A stretch of DNA of 32,000 bases from Pirellula staleyi DSM 6068 (GTDB taxonomy: Bacteria > Planctomycetota > Planctomycetia > Pirellulales > Pirellulaceae). Below the pieces are notes generated by a model, which saw nothing but the letters and a program-made list of their open reading frames with translations, was not told the origin of the DNA and did no database searches. Positions 1 to 9,009 of this stretch are shown piece after piece (the first letter of the stretch is position 1; each line of letters begins with the position of its first letter). The position numbers and the translations under genes were made by a program. The stretch covers positions 4,530,001 to 4,562,000 of the forward strand of contig CP001848.1 of the NCBI GenBank assembly GCA_000025185.1. Direction: 5' to 3'.

Positions 1-449
1 TCGGGATGCGACGATTTCTCGCCGAGATCGGACAGGCACTTTTGAAAAGCGATGTCGGACCCATTACGCGGGTCGCACCACATTTGGCAATCGGCTTGAT
101 CGGGCTGTTCGTAGGCAGGGGAGAGGAGGGCACAGTCGTGCTTCTTCGCGAGCGCTTGCCAGTGCAGATCGTAGGCACCGGTAAGCCCCGACCGGCACGA
201 CCCTTCGCCACAGCCGTGCTGATGCACGATCACGCCGCGTAGTTGCTTCGCGGCTGGTGGAATCCAAATCGTGTAGTTGACGGGGTACTTCAGCTGGCCC
301 GGCTCTTTGCCTGCGTCGTAGCGCACGCGGTAGTACGGAGGCTCTGCTGTTGGGAATGCATCGTAGGGAGGATTCTGCGCAAATAGCTCCGAAGCGTGCG
401 GCAGCACGCCGAGCAACAAGAGAACCGGCAACAGCAGATGCTTCATCAT
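1..449 (-). CDS. Secreted alpha/beta-hydrolase-like protein (putative esterase), N-terminal 149 codons; the gene continues beyond the left edge
   Basis: Not in the supplied ORF track because it is open at the window edge. My own translation of the minus strand from ATG at 449 gives [32 protein letters not shown]...[27 protein letters not shown]...[25 protein letters not shown], with no stop down to position 3. It has a clear Sec-type signal peptide. The strand-H-G motif after a hydrophobic beta strand is typical of esterase/depolymerase-type hydrolases. Track ORF 64..531(-) is in another frame and is Arg/Ala-rich noise. Confidence 0.7.
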   Translation of the reverse strand, partial: MMKHLLLPVLLLLGVLPHASELFAQNPPYDAFPTAEPPYYRVRYDAGKEPGQLKYPVNYTIWIPPAAKQLRGVIVHQHGCGEGSCRSGLTGAYDLHWQALAKKHDCALLSPAYEQPDQADCQMWCDPRNGSDIAFQKCLSDLGEKSSHP

Positions 450-802
450 GGAACTTACCCTTCGGCGGAGAGGCTTGCTTAAGCGCGATGACAGGGAACT
501 TCGAGATCGGTGTGGTACGAAGTGCCGCCAAGATCAGTGCCGGTTATCGTCGACGACAGCACACCGCGCTGCAACCGCACGAGTACCGAGACTCAGCCGC
601 CAACGGCAGCCACCACGGCAAAGTCGTCGCAAATTGCCGCAATCAACAGCTGCGCGGCCACAAACCACCCCAAGTGGGGGAAGGCCAAAGTTTTGGCTGA
701 TCATCCAGCGCACCGCGACCCGAATAATCCCTGTAATCGTTGTTAACGCACCTTGGAACAGCGTGACGGGCTTCGCCCCGATCACTTCGTAGGCTCCCCC
801 TC

Positions 803-1744
803 ATGCAGTCGATGCTCCACACCTTCCCGAAACAACAGCTCAGCTCGCTGCAAATCCTGATGCGCCGCTGGCATATTCAGCAGCGTTACTTTCGCAAATT
901 CTTCGAGCTTGTGAACTTCGAAGACCCGCAAAGTTTTCGTGAGAAAACGAATTATCGCAAGCTCTACGGCAACCAGCCTCTCTACGCGCAGCTGGCCGAT
1001 AAATATCGTGTCCGTCAGTTTGTCGAGCAGCGGATCGGCGCCGAGCACTTAGTGCCGCTACTGGGTGTCTACGATCGACTCACTCCCGAAATTTTCGACA
1101 CACTTCCCCATCAATTCATCATCAAGGCCAACCACGGCTGTAAGTGGAACAAAATTGTCTGGGACAAGTCGCAGCTCGACATCCCGGCCACCGTGAAGCA
1201 CTTCAACCAACTCCTGCGACGCAAGTATGGACTCACCTCAGGCGAGTTCCACTATGCGTTAATCGAACCGAAGATTGTGGTCGAACAGTTGCTAGTTGCC
1301 GATGGAAAAGAGCCGGTCGACTATTCGGTTTTCTGTTTTCACAACTCGCGCGGTTTTGAATTCGGTTTTAACGTCGAGATTCAAGATACGAAGCGACATA
1401 TCCATTTTGACCAAGATTGGAATGTGCTCGAAGCACACTGCTCTCCTGAAGAGGTCGAGCGTTATCGTCGGCCCAAGAATCATGAGCAGATGGTGGGACT
1501 TGCGGAGCGAATCTCGCGTGGTTTCGATTTTGTACGAGTCGATCTCTACAACCTCGAAGGTCAGATCTACTTTGGCGAAATGACGTTCACCGCGTCAGCT
1601 GGACTGCATAAGCATGGAACACCCAAGCGTGCGGCGCTTCGCAACTCGCAGTGGGAACTCGATCGCAATAACCCGCTGCTCTATCTCCAGCCGCACACGA
1701 TCAAACAACCGGGCAGATTTGCTTTGGCTACGCGCGGCGCATAA
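803..1744 (+). CDS. ATP-grasp fold protein, TupA-like (teichuronic-acid-biosynthesis-type amidoligase family)
   Basis: 313-aa ORF. The motif order matches my memory of the TupA-like ATP-grasp family: NFEDPQSFREKTNYRKLY, LADKYRVRQFVEQRIGAEHLVPLLGVY, FIIKANHGCKWN, DYSVFCFHN, FVRVDLYNLEGQIYFGEMTF. No signal peptide. Confidence 0.8.
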   Translation: MQSMLHTFPKQQLSSLQILMRRWHIQQRYFRKFFELVNFEDPQSFREKTNYRKLYGNQPLYAQLADKYRVRQFVEQRIGAEHLVPLLGVYDRLTPEIFDTLPHQFIIKANHGCKWNKIVWDKSQLDIPATVKHFNQLLRRKYGLTSGEFHYALIEPKIVVEQLLVADGKEPVDYSVFCFHNSRGFEFGFNVEIQDTKRHIHFDQDWNVLEAHCSPEEVERYRRPKNHEQMVGLAERISRGFDFVRVDLYNLEGQIYFGEMTFTASAGLHKHGTPKRAALRNSQWELDRNNPLLYLQPHTIKQPGRFALATRGA

Positions 1745-1775
1745 CGCGAGTCGCACACTTTTGTTTAAGCGCTGG

Positions 1776-2969
1776 CTAGCTCCCTTGCAGTTGCCAGACT
1801 GCGATATGCCCAGCGATATCGGCCGCAGCCAGATGCGACTCATCAGGCGAGAGAGAAATCGCAGAAATCCAGTCTTTGAACTGTCCTCCTCGCGGGGAAC
1901 CCAGCACCGCGAGTTCCTTTCCATCTTCGACCTGTACCACGCGGATGCAGGTATCGCGGCCAGCAGTGAAGAGGAACTTTCCATCGCGCGAAAAACAGAG
2001 ATCGGTCATTCCATACTGATGACCTGAAACATCGCGCACCAACTTCCCACTCTCGGTCTCCACAAGATGTGCTTTCCCGGTATCTGTTTCGCCACCTTGC
2101 CCAGCAGCAATCAGTTTCCCATCCGGTGAAAAAGCCAGCGCTACCAAACCATCGGCGACGAACTTTTTCCAAATCTGACCGTTGCCGTACGATGTATCTT
2201 CCGCTTGTAGTTTGGGAAATTGCACCTTCAGGATGTCGAGTTTTTCCGCCCCATCGCTGGCACTAAACACGCGAAAACCGGCCGTCGGAATGTCGAAATC
2301 GTCGCGTTTGTAGCGAAACTCGGAGACTACGGCCAAGCTTCCATCGTGCGATAGCCGCGCGCCGACAATCCAGTTCCACGGATGCCCTTTCCACTTCGCG
2401 AGGGGCTCGCCACGCTCGATATCCCACACGAAGACTTCCGACGATGCGTCGCCACTAATCAGCTTCGAGAAATCGCCACTGGCGCCAAGCGTGTGAATCC
2501 AATCCTGATGCAGGTCGAGCGAGCGGCTGAAGCTGCAGGTCGCCACCTCGACACCCGGCGCACTCAGGACTTCTTCCTTCTTGGTTCGCTTGAACTGCTC
2601 GCGACGTGTTTGAAGATCCAGAACCACTTGAGCGGTTCCGGTTGAAGCGGCGTCGATCGACCAGAACTTGATGGTCCGATCGAAACTCGACGAGATGAGT
2701 TGCCGCCGATGAGTATCGAACATCAGCCGCGATATCGCGTTGTTATGGCCGTCCAGTCGACGGACTGGCGCGACGTTAGGAGCAGCTGCTTTCTTATCCC
2801 GACCGCCAGTTTCAGCAACCATCTCGGGAGGCGTTTCGGGAAGCTCCCACTGGTAGAGCAGTCCCTCTTGATTGCCAGCAGCGACCCGCCGCGAGGAGTC
2901 GAGAAACGTCACCGCTGTCGGCCAACTCCCTTCGAACGTCAGTTCGTATTTCAGCTTAGGAGTAAACAT
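1776..2969 (-). CDS. WD40-repeat beta-propeller protein, no signal peptide
   Basis: 397-aa ORF with an ATG start. It has repeated WD40-type blades: GHNNAISRLMF...DRTIKFWSI, SGDASSEVFVWDI, GHQYGMTDLCFSRDGKFLFTAGRDTCIRVVQV, AADIAGHIAVWQL. It starts 87 nt downstream of the DUF1501 gene on the same strand. Confidence 0.88.
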   Translation of the reverse strand: MFTPKLKYELTFEGSWPTAVTFLDSSRRVAAGNQEGLLYQWELPETPPEMVAETGGRDKKAAAPNVAPVRRLDGHNNAISRLMFDTHRRQLISSSFDRTIKFWSIDAASTGTAQVVLDLQTRREQFKRTKKEEVLSAPGVEVATCSFSRSLDLHQDWIHTLGASGDFSKLISGDASSEVFVWDIERGEPLAKWKGHPWNWIVGARLSHDGSLAVVSEFRYKRDDFDIPTAGFRVFSASDGAEKLDILKVQFPKLQAEDTSYGNGQIWKKFVADGLVALAFSPDGKLIAAGQGGETDTGKAHLVETESGKLVRDVSGHQYGMTDLCFSRDGKFLFTAGRDTCIRVVQVEDGKELAVLGSPRGGQFKDWISAISLSPDESHLAAADIAGHIAVWQLQGS

Positions 2970-3056
2970 CGGGTGCTATTTCTTCGGAGAGGATCAGTTT
3001 AAGGCGTGGAGTTATCTTTTTGGACGAGCATCGCGAACGTGCCGCTGGGTAAAAAA

Positions 3057-4322
3057 CTATCCGAAGAGTTCGGTCACCACTTTCGATCCGAATGGTGCGA
3101 GCGGAACAGGGCGGACCCCCGCGAAATTTTCCGCAGTGGGATCGATCCCAAGGGCGTGATAGATCGTCGCGAAAAAATCACCTTCCGTGACAGGTTTGTC
3201 CTTCACATCTTCGCCATCTTCGTCCGACTCGCCGTACAGCATGCCTCCCTTGATGCCGCAGCCAGCCAGAGCGGTCGACCAGCTTCGTACATAATGATCC
3301 CGTCCCGCGCGGTTGTTGATGCTCGGCGTTCGACCGATTTCACCAGCCCAGATGATGAGCGTTTTTTCGAGCAACCCACGCTGCTCGAGATCGGTGAGGA
3401 GACCTGCCCACGCATGTTCCATCGGTGGAACGAGCCCCTTATGCCACGCGAAATTGTCGGCATGCGAGTCGTAGCTGCTCTGCCCCACTTCGATGAACGC
3501 GACGCCTTGCTCGACCAACTTTCGCGCGAGCAAACAGCGCCGTCCGAACTGCGAATCGCCATACAAATCGCGATACTTTTCCCATTCCTCGTCGATCCGA
3601 AAAACTTCTTTCACGCCTTGCAGTCGACGGGCTGCTTCATATGCCTCGCGATGCATCTTGGCGACATCGACGCGGTGCTCGGCAGCAAAGCGATCTTCCA
3701 CGAACGACCGGAGTTCATGCCGGCGCTGTTCTACCTGCGGATCGAGCGACGAGGTGGAAAAAGGAGGGAGTCCACCTTCAGAGCCGACCGAGAACGGGAG
3801 GTATTTGGGTCCCAAAAACCCGGCCCCCGCATCGCCGACACTCGACACCTTGATGAAGCTCGGTAAGTCAGCGCCCGCTTTTCCTTGATACTTGGCAACA
3901 ATGGCGCCGATCTCGGGGAAGCGAACCGTGGCGGCTGGTCGATAGCCGGTGTGCATTAAATAAATGCCCCCGGGATGATCGACCTCCGAGGTCCGCATCG
4001 AGCGAATCACCGCGATTTTGTCCATTTTCTGAGCCATTTTTGGCATCAGTTCGCAGATTTGCGTACCGGCTACGTTGGTGCTGCGGGGCCGGAACAAGCC
4101 ACCGGTCGGACGCCCCGGTTTCATGTCGAACGTTTCGAACTGGCTCACGCCGCCGTTCATGAACAGATAGATGCAATGCTTTCCTTGCCGGGCCACTTCC
4201 TCGGCGAAGGCGCGCTGGGTGGTTAGTCCTCCCCAGTTCATCACCACACCGCCAGCGGCAGAGAGGAGCGTTCCCTTCAGCAGAGCGCGGCGCGAGAGAT
4301 GTTCGGGAGAGTGGCAGTGCAT
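3057..4322 (-). CDS. DUF1501 family protein (alkaline-phosphatase/sulfatase-superfamily-like), Tat-exported
   Basis: 421-aa ORF. Twin-arginine leader MHCHSPEHLSRRALLKG. Family motifs LFMNGGVSQFETFDMKPG, WAGEIGRTP and GRDH, as in the two paralogs in this window. Confidence 0.93.
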   Translation of the reverse strand: MHCHSPEHLSRRALLKGTLLSAAGGVVMNWGGLTTQRAFAEEVARQGKHCIYLFMNGGVSQFETFDMKPGRPTGGLFRPRSTNVAGTQICELMPKMAQKMDKIAVIRSMRTSEVDHPGGIYLMHTGYRPAATVRFPEIGAIVAKYQGKAGADLPSFIKVSSVGDAGAGFLGPKYLPFSVGSEGGLPPFSTSSLDPQVEQRRHELRSFVEDRFAAEHRVDVAKMHREAYEAARRLQGVKEVFRIDEEWEKYRDLYGDSQFGRRCLLARKLVEQGVAFIEVGQSSYDSHADNFAWHKGLVPPMEHAWAGLLTDLEQRGLLEKTLIIWAGEIGRTPSINNRAGRDHYVRSWSTALAGCGIKGGMLYGESDEDGEDVKDKPVTEGDFFATIYHALGIDPTAENFAGVRPVPLAPFGSKVVTELFG

Positions 4323-4435
4323 GTTGCGATTTCCTTACCTTCGACAAAATCTCGTCCACCAAAAAATCGTCGTCCCTCGAGGCAATTTCCCAACGCTGAA
4401 TCGCCTGCGGATCTGTTACTGCGACAGCAACTGAA

Positions 4436-6052
4436 CTAGTGACTGAAGCGGAACTCACTCGAAGTGATGAGAGCCCAGATGGCATCGCGCCACTGGGGCT
4501 TCCCTTCGGTCGACTCGATGAACGACTTCATCCGCTCGATCTCTGGCGGCTCGGGCCGCCGCGAAAGGGTCGAGAGATAGAGTTTTTCGATACGTGTTTC
4601 GATCGGATCGGCGGTCGTCGCCAAGTAGTGCGTCAGGTTCGATTTTCGTTCGCCAGTCAGGGTGTCGAGCTGACCGTTATTGAGGTACAGGTGCTCCTGC
4701 AATCCTCCCTGAAAATCGCCCGCTCCGGAGTTGGGGGTGCCGAAGAAGCGGATCACATAGTCGCGCGTTAAGGGATGGAATCGATTGCGCGATTCGTTAC
4801 CACTATTTTTCTCTTCGACCAGGCTGTGCCACGTCGCTACCTTCCAAGCGTCGGTAAGTTCCTCCGCTGACAGGGGACGCGTTCGGGCGTACTCGAACCA
4901 CAGGGGCATCGGCGATTCTGCCCCACCAGTGGACGAAAGTTGGTAGGTCTCACTGCTGACGATTTCACGCACCAAATGACGTAGATCGAACTTGTGCTGG
5001 ACCATCTGTCGCGCGAGTTCCTCGAGCAACTTCGGGTGTGAAGGAGCGTTCGATGGGCTCATGTTGTCGACCGGATGGACCAGTCCACGCCCCATGTATT
5101 GGGCCCAAATGCGATTGGCGATGGCTCGCGCGAAAAACGGGTTTTCGGGCGAGGTGATCCAGTCGGCCAGTGAGTCTTTACGCGAGGCGATCGGCCTCGG
5201 CGGAGCTTGATTGTCTTGAAACTTGGGCTCTTTGAAATCCTGGGGAACTTCCGGCTCGATCAGCGGATCGCCGAGCAGGAATTTGGGCTTCACCGGCTCT
5301 CCCTTTTGGCCCGCCATCTGCTCGATTGCAGGTCCCGTGAACAGGATGTCGCCGGTGCTCTTTTCGCCAATCGCATACTTCGTCAATTCTTTCTCGCGCC
5401 CCACATTCACCACTTCCAGCCGCGCGAGAAATGCAGCCATTCCATAGAAATCGAGCTGAGTCCACGACTCAAACGGGTGATCGTGACAGCGTGCGCACTG
5501 CAGCTGAACCCCTAAGAAAGTTTGGCTGATCGACTCGCTCGCATCCTCGGGACGATTGCGATATTGCACGAAGTAGAGCGGTGGGCCTTGCTCGACGCTG
5601 TTCCCCTCCGCCTTCAGCAACTGCCGAGCCCAAACATCGTAAGGAACGTTGTCGGCGAACTGCTGCACGAGCCACTTTTGCATGCCGTCGCGACGATCGG
5701 CCTCTGAACCAGGAGGACTTCGCGTGAACAGAATCAGATCCCAAATGTCGGCTTGATGCTGAGCAAATCGGGAGTCGGCGAGGAGCCGATCGATCAGCTG
5801 CGAGCGCTTGTCAGCCGACGGATCGCTGAGAAACGCCACCACTTCCTCGTGCGTGGGAATCGTGCCGGTCAGATCGAGATAGATCCGCCGCAGGAACTGC
5901 GCGTCAGACGTGCGCGCGGTGGGTGTTAGTTTTTGAGTTTCCCAAGCGGCTCGAATTTCGCGGTCGATAACCTGGCGCAGCGGCTCCTCGGCCAGGGCCG
6001 TACTAGTTACCGCAGCGAGCGCCAGAAGCGCGAGCAATCCAATCCAGCGCAT
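4436..6052 (-). CDS. DUF1549/DUF1553 (PSCyt2/PSD1) domain protein, short form without the N-terminal cytochrome domain
   Basis: The track ORF 4436..6082 begins at GTG. ATG at 6052 gives a signal peptide MRWIGLLALLALAAVTSTALAEEP and is preceded by GAGGGAG about 10 nt upstream. DUF1549 motifs FLRRIYLDLTGTIPTHEEV; central QCARCHDHPFESW; DUF1553-type C-terminus ending SSEFRFSH. Confidence 0.92.
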   Translation of the reverse strand: MRWIGLLALLALAAVTSTALAEEPLRQVIDREIRAAWETQKLTPTARTSDAQFLRRIYLDLTGTIPTHEEVVAFLSDPSADKRSQLIDRLLADSRFAQHQADIWDLILFTRSPPGSEADRRDGMQKWLVQQFADNVPYDVWARQLLKAEGNSVEQGPPLYFVQYRNRPEDASESISQTFLGVQLQCARCHDHPFESWTQLDFYGMAAFLARLEVVNVGREKELTKYAIGEKSTGDILFTGPAIEQMAGQKGEPVKPKFLLGDPLIEPEVPQDFKEPKFQDNQAPPRPIASRKDSLADWITSPENPFFARAIANRIWAQYMGRGLVHPVDNMSPSNAPSHPKLLEELARQMVQHKFDLRHLVREIVSSETYQLSSTGGAESPMPLWFEYARTRPLSAEELTDAWKVATWHSLVEEKNSGNESRNRFHPLTRDYVIRFFGTPNSGAGDFQGGLQEHLYLNNGQLDTLTGERKSNLTHYLATTADPIETRIEKLYLSTLSRRPEPPEIERMKSFIESTEGKPQWRDAIWALITSSEFRFSH

Positions 6053-6080
6053 CGAAGCCAGCTCCCTCAAGAATGCATGC

Positions 6081-6113
6081 ACAAAACAACGCCGCTGCTC
6101 ATATTAGCGGACG
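6081..6113 (-). terminator. Possible intrinsic terminator downstream of the 6175..8928 gene
   Basis: Minus-strand RNA GCGUCCGCU-AAUAUGAGC-AGCGGCGU forms a 5-bp stem plus 2-3 further pairs across a one-base bulge, with a 9-nt loop. It is followed directly by UUGUUUUGU. The stem is modest and the next start codon (6052) lies only about 30 nt downstream. Confidence 0.35.
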
Positions 6114-6174
6114 CTTATGTTTTTGAGCAAACGTTTCTTGCCACTGATTCTGGCTGCTGCGAGCGCAATGGTCG

Positions 6175-8928
6175 TTACTCCACCACAAACCAGCTGTAGC
6201 CTTGCGCAGGAATGGTCACCGGCAGCTCGATCTCGAACTTGCGATTCAGCCGATACTCCTGTGCTGCTCCCGCTGGCCCCTGCACCTTCGCCACGTCGGT
6301 AAGTCCGGTGTAGTAGAGGGGAATCGTGAGGGTCTTCGTCACGATCTCGGGGAGCGGATTATAGACCATCAAGAGACCTTTTTCTTTCAGCGTGGGATTC
6401 ACGTGCAGGATGTAATCGAGGTCGCGACCATCAGCCCGTCGCAAGTGCAGGATATCTGAGTCGAGAATCGGGCGATGCTGTTTATAGAAGTCGACCCACT
6501 TTTTCACTTGCAACTTGGTCGCGTCGGTGTCGTAGAGTCGCGGACCACGATAGCAGGCCTGCACTCCAGCACCGAACAGGTTCGCCATCCGGTTGTCGTA
6601 GTGCGGCAGGTGATCCTTCAGTGGTTCGATCGTCGCCGCAGCGCCACCACCGTGATACTCGGTAAGCGGGACCATCATCCAGCCCATGCTGGGGGTCTTT
6701 TCCCAGGTGCCATCAAACACATTCTGTCGCTCGATGATCTCCTGATACTCGCGTGGCAGCGACCAGTTGGTTTCGCGATAGCCCATGCCGGTTTTGTTGC
6801 CGCCGGTCAGGAAGTACCAATCGGGAATGTTGAGATAGACCCCCGTAGCGCGGCACGACTTGTAAAGATCGGTGATTGCGCGCCACTGCGCCCACTGCGA
6901 ATCACCGAGCCCACGATGCCCCGGATGATTGGTCGCCGCACAGCGGTCGCCTGGATACGAACCATCGTGCTCGAGGACCGACAATCCAGCGGTCGACATG
7001 AACCGCTTCAATTGCGCGAGATACTCCGTTCCCCATGTGGCTCCGAGACAAGGCATCACCCCATAACGTGCGGGGACACCTTGCGTGTTGTCGGCACCGG
7101 TGGCTGCGCCGCGACTCGCAAGAAGCGAATAGCCGCCAAGCGCTACACCTTTGTACTTCGCATAATCGACTAACTCTTTGATCGCCTGCTGATACGCCGG
7201 ATCGCGACTTTCGTAGTTGAATCCACTACCAAATGTCATGATCACCATCTCGAAGCCAACTTCGTGACACTGATCGATCGCGAGCCGAACAGCCTCGGGA
7301 CTGGCGCTACGAACATGCATCAGGATCGGGTTTTCGGTCACCCACGGCGCGATCGTCCGATACATCCGCCGCAGCGCGAGGCTGTTGCGCTCGCGCTCCG
7401 TCGAATCGTACGCTAGTTCAAACACGCGAAACGACTCCAACGTTGCTCCCGGCGCAAGCAACTGATCGGGCCCCACTGGCGGCGTACACTCAAGCAAGCA
7501 GGGGGTCTTTTTGTCGTAGTTCACTTGTGTTTCGTAGGTCGGATCGCTGCCGAGTTTCACGGCGGCATTGGCCCCTTTGATGCTCATCGAGAGAAACGCG
7601 TAATCGGTTTCGACATGCAGCCCGGGAAGTTCCCAGCGTGGATTGGGTTCGACCGACGATTCAGCTTCCGTCAGCGAGAGAGTCTCGGCCACAAAAGTAT
7701 TCAGCTGCACGTTCACCGCGCTCGTGTTGCGGACCACAATCCATTTGCTCAGCAGCGGAATGCCATCGTAGATCTCATAGTGCACATCAACCCAAACATT
7801 GCTATCGACTTTTGCAGCGGTATCGAGCGGCTCGCCAAAGATCTGAAAATCTTGATAACGACAGCGTCCCAGTTCGCCAAGATCTTTGGAGCCGTAGTCG
7901 TTCGCATTACCGCTGGGATCAGTTTTTCCAAGACGAACTGCACGAGGCTCGCCGCGCACCGAAACGTTCCCGACGCGTTCAAAGGTTTTGCCATCGAGCG
8001 AGGCTTCGCAAAGCACGTTGCCGGAGGCGATCGTCATCCGCAAAGTGTAGGGCTTACTAGGCTCGAGTTTTCCGGCGGCAGCATCTCCGATGCCAAATGT
8101 TTGATGATCGATGCGCAAGTTGAACTTGACGTTACGATCGGGATAGACCAGCACGATTCCAGGTCCCCACGATGCGCCCCGATCGGTGCCTCGATCGATT
8201 TTGCACTGCACAACTTGGGTCCCCGCAGGAAGCTCGCGTTCGACAAACGCAAAGCTATTCGCCAGCGCGTAGATCTCGCCGGTTTTACCTTCGTTTTGAA
8301 ACGACGTTCGGTCGTGCGCCTTCGAATAGCTCGGTTTCCATTGTTCGTCGAACTTCAGGAAATCATCGGCGAGGAGCACCTTGCGCTCGCGCGTGTCGCC
8401 ACCAAGTCCTTCGTCGGGAGCGCGAAAACGAAGCGTCAATGAAGCTCCCGCCGGAGGCCAAGGCATATCGACCGGCATCCACTCCTTGCGCTTCATCCAC
8501 TCAAAACGTGCTTTCGTTTTGCCAATCTCAAGCGAATCGAGTACGAACGAGCTTGGCAGGGGAGTCATCGTCGCTAGCCAGGCTGGACTCAGATAGTTTT
8601 GGATCGGCTGACCCGTTAATCCCCCAACTGGATACTTCACTCCATCGAGTTCCACGACAGCCTCGGGGCGGATCGCGCGGATCATCTGTTCACCGGTCAT
8701 CCGGTTTTCGAAGCTGACCGTTGCGCAGCCGTTTTTCGTGCGAATCGTGCGGCGAATCAGCCCATTATCGAGCGTCACCTCCGCTCCCGACTGCACCACA
8801 CGCGCCTTGTAAGGCGTCGCATCGAGGAGCCAATCAGGAGCAGCAGCTCGGCTCTCCACCGTCATCCACCAACTACACACGACGGCCAGCGCGGCCAGCA
8901 CAAAAGACTTCATCAGGTAGGCCCACAT
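6175..8928 (-). CDS. Large secreted protein; C-terminal TIM-barrel-like putative glycoside hydrolase with N-terminal/central beta-sandwich regions
   Basis: The track ORF 6175..8949 starts at TTG. ATG at 8928 (MWAYLMKSFVLAALAVVCSWW...) or 8913 gives a signal peptide. The C-terminal half has alternating strand/helix blocks and acidic catalytic-looking motifs: FEMVIMTFGSGFNYE, LEHDGSYPGD, YLNIPDWYF, GWMMVPLTEYHGGG. These resemble alpha-galactosidase-like glycosidases. The CDS call is strong; the function is a guess. Confidence 0.8.
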   Translation of the reverse strand: MWAYLMKSFVLAALAVVCSWWMTVESRAAAPDWLLDATPYKARVVQSGAEVTLDNGLIRRTIRTKNGCATVSFENRMTGEQMIRAIRPEAVVELDGVKYPVGGLTGQPIQNYLSPAWLATMTPLPSSFVLDSLEIGKTKARFEWMKRKEWMPVDMPWPPAGASLTLRFRAPDEGLGGDTRERKVLLADDFLKFDEQWKPSYSKAHDRTSFQNEGKTGEIYALANSFAFVERELPAGTQVVQCKIDRGTDRGASWGPGIVLVYPDRNVKFNLRIDHQTFGIGDAAAGKLEPSKPYTLRMTIASGNVLCEASLDGKTFERVGNVSVRGEPRAVRLGKTDPSGNANDYGSKDLGELGRCRYQDFQIFGEPLDTAAKVDSNVWVDVHYEIYDGIPLLSKWIVVRNTSAVNVQLNTFVAETLSLTEAESSVEPNPRWELPGLHVETDYAFLSMSIKGANAAVKLGSDPTYETQVNYDKKTPCLLECTPPVGPDQLLAPGATLESFRVFELAYDSTERERNSLALRRMYRTIAPWVTENPILMHVRSASPEAVRLAIDQCHEVGFEMVIMTFGSGFNYESRDPAYQQAIKELVDYAKYKGVALGGYSLLASRGAATGADNTQGVPARYGVMPCLGATWGTEYLAQLKRFMSTAGLSVLEHDGSYPGDRCAATNHPGHRGLGDSQWAQWRAITDLYKSCRATGVYLNIPDWYFLTGGNKTGMGYRETNWSLPREYQEIIERQNVFDGTWEKTPSMGWMMVPLTEYHGGGAAATIEPLKDHLPHYDNRMANLFGAGVQACYRGPRLYDTDATKLQVKKWVDFYKQHRPILDSDILHLRRADGRDLDYILHVNPTLKEKGLLMVYNPLPEIVTKTLTIPLYYTGLTDVAKVQGPAGAAQEYRLNRKFEIELPVTIPAQGYSWFVVE

Positions 8929-9009
8929 TCGACGCGAGGAAGGGAGCAAAACAGGCAGGAAGGGAACGTGGGAGAGGCGAGTTATTTTACTAGAGGCCCA
9001 ACCAATCGG

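Noticed and set aside
1745-1775. The convergent 31-bp gap between the TupA-like and WD40 genes, considered as a bidirectional terminator
   Set aside because: Only a GCGA-g-TCGC pseudo-palindrome is present, and its 1-nt loop cannot fold. No credible stem-loop was found.
3006-3866. Long antisense ORFs opposite well-supported genes: 3006..3866(+), 6475..7173(+), 7525..8442(+), 14230..14808(+), 17550..18371(+), 23808..24881(-), 30032..31096(-), 27612..28253(-)
   Set aside because: Each lies entirely within, and antisense to, a gene with strong family motifs. Their products are Arg/Ala/Gly-rich with no recognisable motifs, which is typical of shadow ORFs in GC-rich DNA.
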